DNA from: Octopus bimaculoides
Lineage: Eukaryota
Assembly: GCF_001194135.2 (NCBI RefSeq)
Contig: NC_068989.1
Span: 37,265,933-37,320,424 of the forward strand
Direction of reading: 5' to 3'
DNA length: 54,492 nt
Shown: positions 23,790 through 36,600 of the stretch, piece after piece
Position numbering within the stretch: position 1 is the first letter of the stretch
How the letters are laid out: each line of letters opens with the position of its first letter
Notes under the pieces: model-generated
What the model was told of the DNA's origin: nothing
The model's database searches: none
What the model saw: the letters and a program-made list of their open reading frames with translations, nothing else
Position numbers and translations under genes: made by a program

Positions 23790-24560
23790 TCTTGATGTTT
23801 GGTGGTCTTAAGCGACATAAGGAACACTTGACAATCTGCATTTCGGAAGTAGAAGGCGATGGTCTGTATAATATTTATTCTCCCTATTAAAAAAGTAAAG
23901 CATCTTGAGGAATACCTGCCTGATTGGGATATAGTTAATAAAATGTTAGTGTTTGAATTTAGGATGTTTGGATATGGGTTAGTGTTTGCTTTTTTTCTAC
24001 TGGAAGGTGGTCTTGTTGAGGGTGAGATAATGCTACGCACAAAGAGAATGAAGTCTGTCACTGTCATTAGTTTTCCCAACGCCACGGTTCTCGGGTCCCA
24101 ATCACTCTTTACTGGTTTTTAAAATCCTTCTTACTCTTGCGTTAAAATCATTCACTGGAATAACTTTGGAGATGTGCATTCGCCAGTGTTACTATCTTTA
24201 CTATCTTCATCGTGAATGAGATAGATCCAGGAGTAAACAAGATCCAGGAGGACTAGTGGTTTTCTCCTGCAGCAGGAGGCTGTCAGTGACTCTGTTTGCT
24301 AGGATCTGCCTTAAAGCTGTTACAGCTTACTTTCGGCTTCAGTGTACTCCGTTAAATATTGTCTTCTTGTATGCACTCGCAAAACGGAAGGTCAGTGATT
24401 GGTAAGTGCGAGGGTATAGCCATAGAATGGGCGTCAACACTGAGTGACAGAGGTTCACTGTTGCTCCGAGATTCCTTGTAAAGTTAGCCTGGAACCGTAA
24501 AGCATACGACCTCCGTATGTTGCAAAGGGGCCTGGCAGGAGACTTGTGAAGGGGTGGCTA
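23790..24560 (-). mobile_element. RTE-like LINE apurinic endonuclease remnant
   Basis: DFNARVRR, GVGKTNDS, HPKFKH*HFINYI and YTDHRLLL motifs with frameshifts. Confidence 0.65.
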
Positions 24561-25067
24561 TGTACTAACATGGCCCACACATTAAGGTGCTAGTGGCATC
24601 GTCTTCTTTTATGTAAGAAGGTTGTAAGTATTAGATACATCACATCATTCATGCAACATGTGTGCATACCCACAAAAGTTCCCCACACAACATACTTACA
24701 TTCACACTGCATACATTTGAATTTTAATCTGTTTATACCGGCAATGCATATATGTACATATTGTGTTTTTGTTTAAATATTACTTTATGAACGCAAAGAA
24801 AATAATTTTACATATCAAATTGAAATAACTTATATGGCGTCGTGTCTCGAATAGAAATATGAAATTTATTCTATCTTAAAAAAATTTGTTTTCTCAGTTG
24901 GAACCAGAATAATTTTATTTCACTAATTTGTCGAGAAAATCATGTACCTCGGAAAATATCATTTCCATTATTTATAAATTGATGGTGACATGCCTAAATT
25001 AATAAAATTAACATGGATAAATTTGACTATTTATTCCTGCTCTTTTCATGACGTATGTTCTCTGCAG

Positions 25068-25097
25068 ATATGTTACGAAGGCAACCAAACTCTCCAA
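25068..25097 (+). CDS. Candidate micro-exon
   Basis: TGTTCTCTGCAG acceptor and GTAACA donor. Confidence 0.25.
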
Positions 25098-25133
25098 GTA
25101 ACAATATGTTCTACAGACAGAGAGAGGGATAGG

Positions 25134-25189
<56 letters not shown>

Positions 25190-25226
25190 GGGAACAGTAA
25201 ATAACAGCATAACGTTTTACATTTAG

Positions 25227-25266
25227 TGGAAGAGTAAAGTCGATTATACTGACATCAGGACTCCAA
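25227..25266 (+). CDS. Candidate micro-exon
   Basis: TTTTACATTTAG acceptor and GTAATT donor. Confidence 0.25.
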
Positions 25267-25470
25267 GTAATTTATTAATTATAGATTTCAATTACAGAGG
25301 GGGCAGTGGGTTGGCAGACACGCAAGAAAGTTGGAAGAATACCGAAAAAAAATATCTTCTGTATTTAGCTGTCAGTTCAGTTTCAGTTCAAATCATGCCG
25401 AAAGACATTCCCTGGTGATACCAGTAATTTTGCTCTTGTAATTACGGATATCAATATTAATGAAATATAA

Positions 25471-25857
25471 AGGCGGCGAACTGAATGAATCCTTAGCATG
25501 GTAGCATTTCATCCGTTTTCAAATTCCGGTGAGGTCGACTTAGCCGTTCCTCATCCCAGGGTCAATAAAACGTAAGTACCAGGGACACTAGGGTCGATGT
25601 AATCAATTTACCCCTCTCCCAAACTTTGTGGTCTTGTGCCAAAAATTTGAAACAATAAAGACAGCAAGCTGGCAGAATCCTTAGCACGCCGAACAAAATG
25701 CTTAGCGGCATTTCGTCAGTTTTCAAATTCTGCGGAGGTCGACTTTGCCCTTCATCCATTAGAGGTTGATAATGTAAGTACTATTTGAACACTGGGGTCG
25801 ATGTAATCGACTTATCTCCTCCCTCGAAATTGTTGGCCTTTTGCAAAGATTTGAAGC
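25471..25857 (+). mobile_element. Two tandem SINE family 1 copies
   Basis: Heads at about 25471 and 25661; shared GAGGTCGACTT, GTACCAG, GGGTCGATGTAATC motifs. Confidence 0.85.
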
Positions 25858-28129
25858 AAGTATTAATGAAAATGTGTAAGAACAGTTTATATCACCTTTT
25901 TTGTAGCTATGTAAGACTTTCGAAAACATTAATGTTAATAATATTTGCTTAAAACATATTTGGGTTCGTATGATGTAGCCACTAAGATGAAATCTTGTAA
26001 CTAAAGACCTGAAATGTAAGAGGAAATCACTTGAGAGCAACATGAGCAGTTTAGTCTTAAGTGTTAATATTTAAGAGAATTATCAATTTCGAGAAGAGTG
26101 AAGTAAAAGAACTCTAGTATTTTCATAAAGAAGACGTGAAGCATTGAGACTTTTCAAATTTTTTGTGGTGAAAATAATTAGAAGTCCTTGTTGTATATTA
26201 TTTATTGTAAATAAATACAGCCTCGGAAAAATGTCTGAAATAATTGTATTTTCGACTAGAAAGTTAAAACAATGGTGTGATTAAAAATACATTACAATGT
26301 GTTATTAAATAAACCATTTCGATCCCTTTGGCTGTTTAGAAACACTAGAAACTGAAACGTTTATCTCTTTATGAAAACATGTTTTTCATTTCTAGAATAT
26401 GGCAATATTTTTTTTAGAGCTTTGAAGAACTCTTATCCAACTCCACGCCACTTATTCGATCCTCTATAGAAATGGGAGAGGTTGATGTCTCAAGATAAAA
26501 CACAAGCCAGTTTAAAAATAGCATTTATTCATCTATTGAGTAAATTGAAAACAAGCTAATGATTGTGATATATTTCAGACATATTATTGCATTTATATCT
26601 TCAACCGTTTTTAACCCATGTTATTGTTGGTTTTGTCGGGCCAAAGTAACACTTTTATTGCAAATGTCAATAAAAGAATCCTATGTTGTTTATTGAATAA
26701 TCTCCGGTGACCTTTCATATTCTTAAAAAGGAGTACGTTTCGACCATAGGCGTACTAAGAAAATGTGCACTAACTTGCTGCCCACATAGATTTATCTGAA
26801 CATCTGATGTTACTTTTGGTTTCGCTTATAATTGATCCCTGATGCCCTTAGACCTTAAGCGTATTTCTGTGTCATTTCTATTTCCAATACTGTTATTTCA
26901 AACCTTTAGATTTGAAGAGATTTTAAAACATAATTTATTGAGATGTCTCTATGGAATAAAACACATTAGACGGTATTAAAGATCTGGGATCTTTTATTAT
27001 TACATTATCAAAGTAATAAACATATATCACCTTGACAGTATATTTAATTGAAAAAAAAATGACTTGTCCCTACAGTATTTAACTGGTATACATACATTTT
27101 TAAAATTCCATTCTTAGTATATTTTTGAATGTTAGCATTCCCATTGCACTTTAGCTTGCTTAGTATAAATCGATCTAGCAACAAAATGGAGTTTATCAAT
27201 AAAGAAAATATGAAAAATTTACCGTTTTGACCAGGTTTGCATGGGTAAAATCTAGTATGTAAGGAAAAGAGCATTGTTTCAGTACCTTTAGGATCACGCT
27301 ATGAACTTGTATACTTATAGATAGAATCCTTTTGTTCATCTCATACATTTGCCCTCCATCTTTTCTGTTGAAATCTTTGGCAGCGTCCAATCTCCTCAAA
27401 AACTACAAATTCGTCTTTCTCAAAACTTTTCTCCTTTCTTCCAAAAGAGACAAATATTCAAGAACTTTCACGTTTTCAACATCGCTTTGCTAGGACCTCT
27501 GATATTTTCCTGTCTTACAAATACTAATCTTAAAAAACTGTCCCTACAAACTGCCTTGCAACTTAGTTCAGATCTCACTGGTGCTAAACTGCACCTCCAC
27601 ATATAGATTTAACGAGAGATCCTCTATGTGGTTGATCAACTTGTTAAAAGTAGAAGCCTAATCTCTATCAAATACATTCTACCATTATTAGAAGGATATC
27701 GGATAACATTCTCCAAGATAACTAGTCGAAGTAAATATGAGATGTTCACGACTAAAATGCCTTTGGTCAAAATTAACTCGAGGTTAAACTACAATACAAA
27801 TAACAACTACATCATGTGTCAACCTAACGAGAGGTCTCAATGTTGTCATATAGCGTTCTAGAAACAGCAGCAGTCATATCTTGCTCAAAATATATCCTAC
27901 GTCCTTAAAAACAAGGAGCGATAATCTATAAAATTCTAAATATTTTATGATAGGTTTATTAAATCAAAGCGCAGTCCTCAGGTCAAACGACCACCAACAC
28001 TATCAGCACCGCAACAGCAACAACATTATGAGCAAGATCTGTAACAAATATATGCGAAACGGCATATTGTTTACTTGATTCTGTCTACTAACAACTGGAT
28101 GTTTGAGCTAATATTAAGAACTTCCTCGT

Positions 28130-28380
28130 CACTCTACCACGGTACTTCACCGGGGTACACTACCAGCCATTCCACTCAGCCATTGTTTCAGACCACTCCA
28201 CTTGAGTACTCCACGAAAACACTTCACCACGCCACTCCACAAGGGGCCTCTACCACGCCATTCCACAAGGGGCCTCTACCACGCCATTCCACAAGGGCCA
28301 TCTACCACGTCACTCCACTAAAATACTCCACCAGGTCACTCCGCTAGAGTATTCTACCACGCCACTCCACCAGTCTACTC
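28130..28380. repeat. 26-bp minisatellite (CTACCACGCCATTCCACAAGGGGCCT)
   Basis: CTACCACG recurs at 28250, 28276 and 28302; degenerate units flank these. Confidence 0.85.
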
Positions 28381-28934
28381 TCACTGAAGAAATTATTAGA
28401 GCCTAGAATATGCGTTTATTCTTTTAATCGTCTTATCTTTCACAGAGAACGGGTGGCTATGTTACCAAATATGACAGGAACTTCAAGAAGGCCGCTGGGT
28501 TCAACGGTTGAAACGTTGTGACAGTAGCTACTACAATGTGGACACTAGTTCGAATACCTCTCTGTAGACAATCATTCAGTATTATGTATTATAATCAAAT
28601 ATCTTACTAGATATTTTGGTGAAGAAATTTTATAGATTACTGGTACACAAGTGATGAGTCATTAGATAGATTGGTTATTCCCTGTTCCTTTCTTAAGGAT
28701 CTTTGTTGTTTCCTTGTATTAAGCAACACTTTTACTCCTATGCTTCAACCCTGAATCGTTCCAAATGATTTTGAAGTATTTTCAAAAGCATGGTTCTGAA
28801 ATAACCATTTCTTCTAATACCACAACTTTTAAGTTTGTTAAGACAGATATCTTTGTCTTAAGAATTTTGGATTTTGTTTTTTGCATCCTTTAAGTTATAC
28901 TTCGATTCATCGACCACATTTTCTTTTTTTACTT

Positions 28935-29300
28935 GTTTCAGTCATTAGACTGCGACTATGCTGGTGCACCGCCTTGAAGAATTTTTAGTCGAATGAATCG
29001 ACTCCAGTGCTTTTTTAAAGCCTGGTACTTATTCTATCGATTCTTTTGTCTAACCGCTAAGTTACAGGAATCTAAACAGGCCAACACCGTTTGTCAAGCG
29101 GTGGAGGGGGACAAACACAGACAAAAAGACACACACACACACATGTAAATATATACAATGGGCATCTTTCAGTTTCCGACTACCAAATCCATTGACGAAG
29201 CTATAGTAGGAGACACTTGTTCAAAATGCCACAAAGTAGGACTAAACCCGGAACCATTAGGCCGGAAAGCAAGCTTCTTACCACAGTCACACCTGCACCT
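28935..29300 (-). mobile_element. Full tRNA-derived SINE (family 2) with internal (TG)n
   Basis: Head GTGGTAAGAAGCTTGC...GGTTCCGGGTTTAG; tail GATAGAATAAGTACC...GGCGGTGCACCAGCATAGTCGCAG. Confidence 0.8.
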
Positions 29301-30507
29301 ACATTTTTCATTTATTCTTTTGTTTTTGGAAGGATTAGTTCGTATCCCGTGGGTTATTTTATTTCCTTTGCAACGTAAAGTGTTTATTCTGTTTTAACTA
29401 ATCGTATATTCTCCAGTCGCTGTTATCTATCTTCTGTAAGAATGCAGTGTTTATCTAATCCCGCATGTTCAATAGCCATGAGAATATAACTGACATACAC
29501 TAGCTAAAATGATATATTGTAATATTGAATTTGTTTCTCTACATTGTACCGGTATCATATAATAGAAGATTAGAAGATTAAATTAAAACATACTCTATGG
29601 AATCCATTAATCTACATTCATTAAATTATTCGTTGATTCTCGGCAGCAGAAATGTGAAAACGCAGAAAATTGTGTGTAGAAATTGCAATGGCGTTCGACC
29701 CCGAGCAGTTGTGCATCGTTTTGATAATATTTCACTGAAATGTTTAGAAACTTGGCTGAATAGGTGACGGTAGACTTCACGGCCTGCTCCAAATATCTGC
29801 CACAGCTTTCGATAACAGAAACAGAATGATGTGAGTCATTGATACTTGTAACAAATAACGGTCGAATGGCTCCAGGGACTACAAGTCTCTTGGACAACAT
29901 GATTTATAGGGTTACATTTTTATATTGCATTTCATGAACTATAGTATCGATGGTTACGGGTTCGCAGGGCGCCAATTTGGTTCACTGAATTTACAACGGC
30001 CGCACGACAGGCAAGGGAAACTAGGATGCAACGAAGGTAACTTTGTTCGAAAGCTACACTTTATGCATTCTCGTTTTTGTTTACATCTTTTGCCAATAAA
30101 CTTCGCCGAACAATACAAACACAGACACACTAGCACAAACTCACCCTCCACACACAAACACACTCACACAAAAATAGACACGCAAACAAAATTAATATAT
30201 GGTGGAAAGTACTTGCCAAAGGTGGTACAATGTGATAACAAACGAATTGAGAATCACGTGGCTCCGAGTTACTTAACTGCACAAGTATGCCCGGGTCTCT
30301 AAATTCCTTACCACTTGGATATTTTTAATGCATGGCTTGATATCGAAAAAAGAGAAAGTGGTCACGGTGGGGAATCCTTAGATCATAAGTCTACGTAACC
30401 GGAGCTGACCTGGAACTAAACAACAACATACACCTAACGTATAGATGACATGTTGCCATATAATCTATATAGTTATTCAAGCTAGAGATAATTTTGTATC
30501 ATCATCG

Positions 30508-30577
<70 letters not shown>

Positions 30578-30579
30578 GT

Positions 30580-31402
30580 AAGGCAGTGAGCTTGCAGAAT
30601 TGTAAGCACGCCGGGCAAAATGCTTAGCGGCAATCCGTCCATCTTCACGTTCTGAGTTCAAATTTCGTCGAACTAGACTTTGCCTTTCATCCTCTCAGGA
30701 TCGATAANNNNNNNNNNNNNNNNNNNNNNNNNNNNNNNNNNNNNNNNNNNNNNNNNNNNNNNNNNNNNNNNNNNNNNNNNNNNNNNNNNNNNNNNNNNNN
30801 NNNNNNNNNNNNNNNNNNNNNNNNNACAGATCAGCTCACCACTGAGTTCAATTTTACCTAGCAGATCAGCCCCGAGTTCAATTTTCGACGAGATCGATCT
30901 TGCCTTTTATCCATTTGGGTCGATAAAATAAATACCAGTCAAGCACTGGGGTCGATGTGATCGACTATATCCCGCCCCCAAAATTTCAGACTTAATCGTT
31001 AACGTGCCGGACAAAATGCTTACGGCATTTTGTTTGTCTTTACGTTGGAGTTCAAATTCCTCCCCGAAATCGACTTTGCCTTTCAACTTTTTAGGATCGA
31101 TTAAATAAGTACCAGTTGAACAGTGGGGTCGATATAACTGACTTACTTCCACTCCCAAAATTGCTGGCCTTGTGCCAAAATTTGAAAACATCATTATTAT
31201 TACTGGCCGAATCGTTAACACGCTGGGTAAAATGTTCATCGGTATTTTCTTTCATTGCGTTCGAGTTCAAATTCCGCCGAGGTCGACTCTGCACTTCATC
31301 CTTTCGGGGTCGATAAAATAATTCCCAGTCGAGTACTGAGGACGATGTAATCTAATTATCCCCTCCATTAGAATTACTGGTCTTGTACCAAATTTTGAAA
31401 TC
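30580..31402 (+). mobile_element. Cluster of about 4 SINE family 1 copies between (TTA)n arrays
   Basis: Repeated SINE motifs near 30580, 30870, 31000 and 31205; one gap inside. Confidence 0.85.
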
Positions 31403-31405
31403 ATA

Positions 31406-31470
<65 letters not shown>

Positions 31471-31514
31471 TATTATTATTTTACACATGTAACTTCTGAT
31501 CTATCTATGTCTAT

Positions 31515-31990
31515 GTCACGTGTCATTTCCAGCCCGCAGGTGCGAGACGCGACGCTTTTCTCAACACGTGAGCTGTTCCAAGTATAGGTGCCATCCGAAT
31601 ACTTCTTAAGGAGTTTGGTACTTGCAACCTTTAATGCTAGAATTTTGCTTTCTTTGAGATAGTCCCAAGTGCACCGATCACAACAGGTACCAGACTCACT
31701 TAATAGATTCTTTTCACTTCCATTCTAAGTCTTGGTACTTTCGTCTTAACAATATTTTGGTCTGCAAGTACAGCTACGTCGATGCAGGTCCATACTTTGG
31801 ACTCCTTCAATAGGGGAGTGATATCTCGTCGGTTATATTGCAGCCTTTAGTCTGTTTATACTAGCATGCCCCATGTGATCAATCTCTGCAACTGGTGAAG
31901 TTTCGTGCTCATACCACTCGTTGGAACATTCTAACCCATACTTCTTGTGCAACTCGCAGTTATTCGTATTGCTGAAATAGTCATGGATTT
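31515..31990 (-). mobile_element. RLE-type non-LTR retrotransposon (R4/Dong-like) 3' fragment
   Basis: KYGLECSNEWYEHE, IDVAVLADQNIV and VPVVIGALGT motifs. Confidence 0.75.
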
Positions 31991-32077
31991 CCTTGTATTT
32001 CGTTTGGGGTAGTTTTGAGCATCCACTGGTTATATGTCTGACAGCCTCTTACTGTGTGGAAAAATCATCTCAGACAT

Positions 32078-32151
<74 letters not shown>

Positions 32152-32227
32152 CGTATTATTGTTATAATTATTATTAATAGTAGTCGTATTATTATTATTA
32201 TTATTATTATTAGTAGTAATATAACTA

Positions 32228-32396
32228 AGGCAGCGAGCTGGCAGAATCGTTAGCACGCCTGGCAAAAATGCATAGCGGTTTTTCCTTAAGCACCGAGGTC
32301 GGCTTTGCCTTTCAACCTTTCGCGGTCGATAAAATAAGTACCAATTGAGCGCTAACTCCCTCCCCCAAACCTCAGGTCTTGTACCTATTGTAGAAA
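32228..32396 (+). mobile_element. SINE family 1
   Basis: GGCAGCGAGCTGGCAGAATCGTTAGCACGCC head, following a (GTT)n/(AGT)n/(ATT)n tract. Confidence 0.85.
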
Positions 32397-32721
32397 GTGT
32401 AATTACTATAATCAATGCGGCAAATGCGAGCAGAGTACTGGGGTTGAAAGGATTATTTCTCCTTTTTCTAAACTTTCACTGTAAAGATGTGTAACATAAG
32501 GGAAAAAGATTTTTGGTGTCCTAGTTATATCAACAAGATTCATTGTGGACTGCGTGATAAGTGATTCTGTATTACAAGATTTAATTCCCAACTTCATCGC
32601 AATTTCAGTGATGATTTCACTTTGCAATTGAATTCGAACCATTCTTTTGCGAAATCGACAAATCGTCTCCATACACACACACACACACACACACATATGC
32701 ATGTATATATATGTATATATG

Positions 32722-32788
<67 letters not shown>

Positions 32789-33721
32789 TCTATATATTTT
32801 AATTTTCAGTTTTTAGTTACCGATGAAATGATATGCTCTACAAAAGCAGCGTTCTCCGAGTCATCTTATCAGCAGACGACATCTTGGTCTTCAACCACAT
32901 AATGCAGCAATCGTGATTGGTAACTTGCTTTATGTGGGTGACAGCATCCGTGTGACAAAGCTGCTGATTGGTTAAACATTTTTTTTCTTTTTTTGTGTGT
33001 GTTTCACTGATTGCTGTGAAACATTTATCGATGGGAACAATCAGTTTTGAAATATCAAAATTATTAAAATATTCATATTTCACGAATTTTCAGCTAAAAT
33101 TTAACATGTACCTAGTATTACTCAATGGAGCAACGACTTAAAGTTAGATGTATAGTGACCTAAAATGTTTATAGTTTTGGTCAATATATTATTGCTGAAA
33201 AATATAAACACTCCTCCCACGCAGGGTTTCATATTCTGGGGAAAGTACTGTTGAAGAACTTGGCGTTTCTTTTCACTGAGACTAAGTCGTTACCCATCAC
33301 TATGCTGCCGGTAAATATATTTCTCAATCATGCCCGTACCTTCATAAATTGATCAAAGTGAAAGTCTTCTTTTCTAAATATGTGTTGCGTTGTTAATATA
33401 TCGATAGACATACAGAAACACGCACAAAAAACAACAAAAAATAACTATATGTATTATATACATACATATAGTCTTGTTTTGAAGTCTGTGTTGCATTGTG
33501 TTGATAGACTTGCACTTGAAATTCCCGCGTTTTTAATCAAATCTTTTAGTTACTAAGGTGACAACACTACCTATTTATCTATGTTTCAAACACACACACG
33601 CGCGCACACGCTCACTCTCTTTCTCCCTCCACCTCTCTCCCTCTCTTTCCCTCTCTCTCCTCACACTATTTCTCCCTCAACAATATATTTTTCTCCTCTC
33701 CTTCTCCCTTTCTACACAGAT

Positions 33722-33782
33722 GTTGTTACGGACAGACAGACAGACAGACAGACAGACCGAGATCTCTTTTATAATATAAGAT
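33722..33782 (-). mobile_element. Probable Helitron 5' terminus
   Basis: Minus strand TCTTATATTATAAAAGAGATCTCGG(TCTG)n, the typical TC-start pattern of non-autonomous Helitrons. Confidence 0.45.
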
Positions 33783-33989
33783 TTTCTGACAATTCCGAAC
33801 ATAATTACGTTTCATCGCATAACTTCTATATCTTTTAATTCTTGATCTATTACTATAGACGTTGAATGAGCTTATGTGACTCCGCACCCAACTGAGATTC
33901 AAAAGAGCCGTCAAGTCATACCCGGACAGAATTTGTTACTGTTAATGTCAGACATCACAGAAATTAGTAGAAGTCGGTATCATGCTGAA

Positions 33990-34570
33990 GTAGGAAGCAA
34001 AATCCCTACCTGGTGACCGAAGGGGAAGGCTGTCTCTCAACATTTATCCTGCTGTGGGTGCTGCTGGATGATAAACTCTGGTGCTGATGTTATTCCGTGC
34101 TTTCCAATTCATGGCACTGGCCTTAGCATTCTTGATATTGAGATGCTACGTCTTCAGTTTTTTTTTTAGTTTGTTTCGTTCGTGTCTTCTTTGGTGTGCA
34201 GTGCTGGATTTTCTAATGTGTGGGTCGCTGCCGCTACAAAAGTTGGTGTAGTAGTCTTTCACTGCTCATCATACAGACGTGACCAAACCACTGAAGCCTG
34301 CACCGTCGGACTGCCACGCTATCCGCTGCTGCTGCTGCTGTTGTTACTAGAATTGTTCTCGGATGTTGTCTGAGAATCGGTTGCGTAGAGTGACATCAAG
34401 AATCTGACGACGACACAGCATTTGAAACACCGCGAGCTTGTCCAGGTCCTATTTGAGGATGGTCCAAGTCTCAGCGCTGTGGAGGTATAAGAGTGGAGAA
34501 GAAGTTACTGGTGTCAAGTAAATTTGTTGAAAGCTGGTTACAAGTGCTGGATGATTTAGTGTGTCAAAAC
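33990..34570 (-). mobile_element. RTE-like LINE 3' remnant
   Basis: LLYLHSAETWTILK*DLDKLAVFQMLCRRQILDVT motif. Confidence 0.65.
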
Positions 34571-34789
34571 AAAAAGCAATTGATTTTTTTCCGGATGGGG
34601 TGAACCTTTGGGAGGAGTAATTTACTAGAACGGAGAGTGGTTGAAAATATTCTCTGATACTATACTCCCTAGGTGGTGGCTTGTAATACGGGGTGAAAGT
34701 CCTTGTTTCTCTTTTTCTTAAAAATCTATCTCTGCATTTCTTCAACTTGTAACATTTTGCATGGAATGTGTTGTACTGAATGTGGCCCT

Positions 34790-34942
34790 GCAGCCAGGTT
34801 CTGAGTTCAAATCCCGTCGAGATCAACTTTGCCTCTTGTACCTGAGATCGATAAAATAAAGTACCAGTCAAGTACTGGGGACGATGGTATCGACCAATCC
34901 CCCCCTCAAAAAGTGTTGGCCTTGTGCTTAAGTTAGAAATTA
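34790..34942 (+). mobile_element. SINE family 1, 5'-truncated
   Basis: TTCTGAGTTCAAATCCC...GATAAAATAAAGTACCAG. Confidence 0.8.
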
Positions 34943-35609
34943 TTATAATTTGGTGTGCTTCTTTTGTGTACTTCTAGAAACTATAATTAGTTCGAGAGAA
35001 AATTGTCTACGACCATTAATTGATTGTAGCTAAGTGATCTTTCACATAGCTGAATGAAATATATGCTGAAAGTTTTCATTCAGTATTGAGTTTCTGCGGT
35101 CGTAATTAATTAATCAGACTGGTTTCTTAATGAAAAAAAAGATAACGAAACAAATAAACATTTGAATTATATATTACAGCATCTTCGTAACATGACCAAA
35201 GTGATATTAAATTTATTGTAGACAGACTTTATGTGATAATGCTACATGATAATATCTTCATGATGTTAATACTAACGAATAGTACAAAAGTGCCATCTTC
35301 TCAATGCATGACAGTTACTTATTCAATTTTCAATTGCTAAAGTATTCAATAACTCATTGAATAAGAGTTCGAATTCTGTTTGGTGTTTCTGAAATATAGC
35401 ATTTTAATCTATGTTGCTTCGGTACACATAAATCCCAGATCAATCTGGGAAAGATTAGTCACAGACCATCAAATGTTTGGACTTGCTAACTGTCTACTGG
35501 ATCCGGCTTTTTGTTTCGAATAAATTACTGTGCTAATCACAATTTGCTCATCTCTAGAGAATGAATGAATGAATGAATGAATGAATGAATGTATGTTATA
35601 TATGTCACA

Positions 35610-35800
35610 CCAATGTTGTAACTTCACATCTCTCCTGGATGTTAAACGAGGTCTTGTAGTTGTTGAATGTGGTCATGAAGTGGCCTTCCATTGCGCCCAT
35701 ATATTTCTCTACATTTGTCGCCCTTCTGGGAGCTTTCGGGAATCCACCTCCACCTTCACTAGAGGTTATAACAAAAGCACTTGCTCTAGGAGTTGTGCAC
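35610..35800 (-). mobile_element. Penelope-like GIY-YIG fragment
   Basis: KYMGAMEGHFMTTFNNYKTSF resembles YIG.TEG.FK.R.NNH..SF. Confidence 0.55.
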
Positions 35801-36279
35801 TAAGATAGAATTAAAAAATACATAGTCATGAAGTGAGCTTCTTAACCAATCTGCTGTGACAAGAACATGTATGCGATAGTCACAGATGGAACACCTATAA
35901 TGAAATGCCAGATGTATCAGAGCTAAATTAGGAACAAGCAGCGACAACAACAACAGCTGCTACATTCCTCGATTACCCGTTGATTCCACTAATTAGCTAA
36001 ATCAGCTGCGGACTGAGTTATTTGACGAATTTCTCTCTTGACTGTGCATGTTTATAGAACACAGTGCTGAAATCCGAACATTGGACCAATTTCCACGGAT
36101 ATACATTTTATCAATATTAGTCCTCAACAAAACCAGTATTTTTGAATTTACTCGTACCATTTTCCTGACAATGATCTCTGTTAATTTGCGCCCGAGGATC
36201 GAAACCTTTAACTTTAGACAAGCTGATTAAAAAAGTTTAGCGATGTAAACTATTTGAGCATTTTGTGACTTTAGAAAAA

Positions 36280-36600
36280 CTTCTTTTATACAATGTATTG
36301 AACTCACTTTATTTGTATTATTATCCATACCGCAGCAATGTACCTAACTAGGATTTAGAGCGAAAGAGTAAATCAGCATTATTCCAAAGCTTCTCGACAA
36401 ATTGAAGGGATACCAGATAAACTTCCTGGGCCTGGATACATGTCAGTCAACAACTCCCCACCTGAATGGGTGATGATAACACAGAACTTGACTTAGAAAT
36501 GACTTAATAGATTCTGTCAGGTGATGTTATTAAGTTAGATACGGCCTGGGACAATTTTGGCCGAAACGTATGTAAGTTTATTTAAGTTAGAGGAGTCAGA
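36280..36600 (+). mobile_element. Possible Penelope-like 3' remnant
   Basis: ERVNQH motif followed by a hammerhead-like GGCC...GGCC-GAAAC-GTAT-GTA. Confidence 0.35.

Noticed and set aside
26330-26900. Possible GIY-YIG remnant (IYVG) on the minus strand
   Set aside because: Requires several frameshifts; too degraded to support.
28226-28330. CRISPR-like periodic repeats
   Set aside because: Head-to-tail units with no unique spacers, a eukaryotic context, and no cas genes.
28481-28520. TTCAAGAAGGCC...GGTTGAAACGTTGTG hammerhead-like string
   Set aside because: Core and cleavage triplet are both mismatched, and there is no stem I.
29607-29900. 97-aa minus-strand ORF
   Set aside because: No recognisable domain and no convincing splice context.
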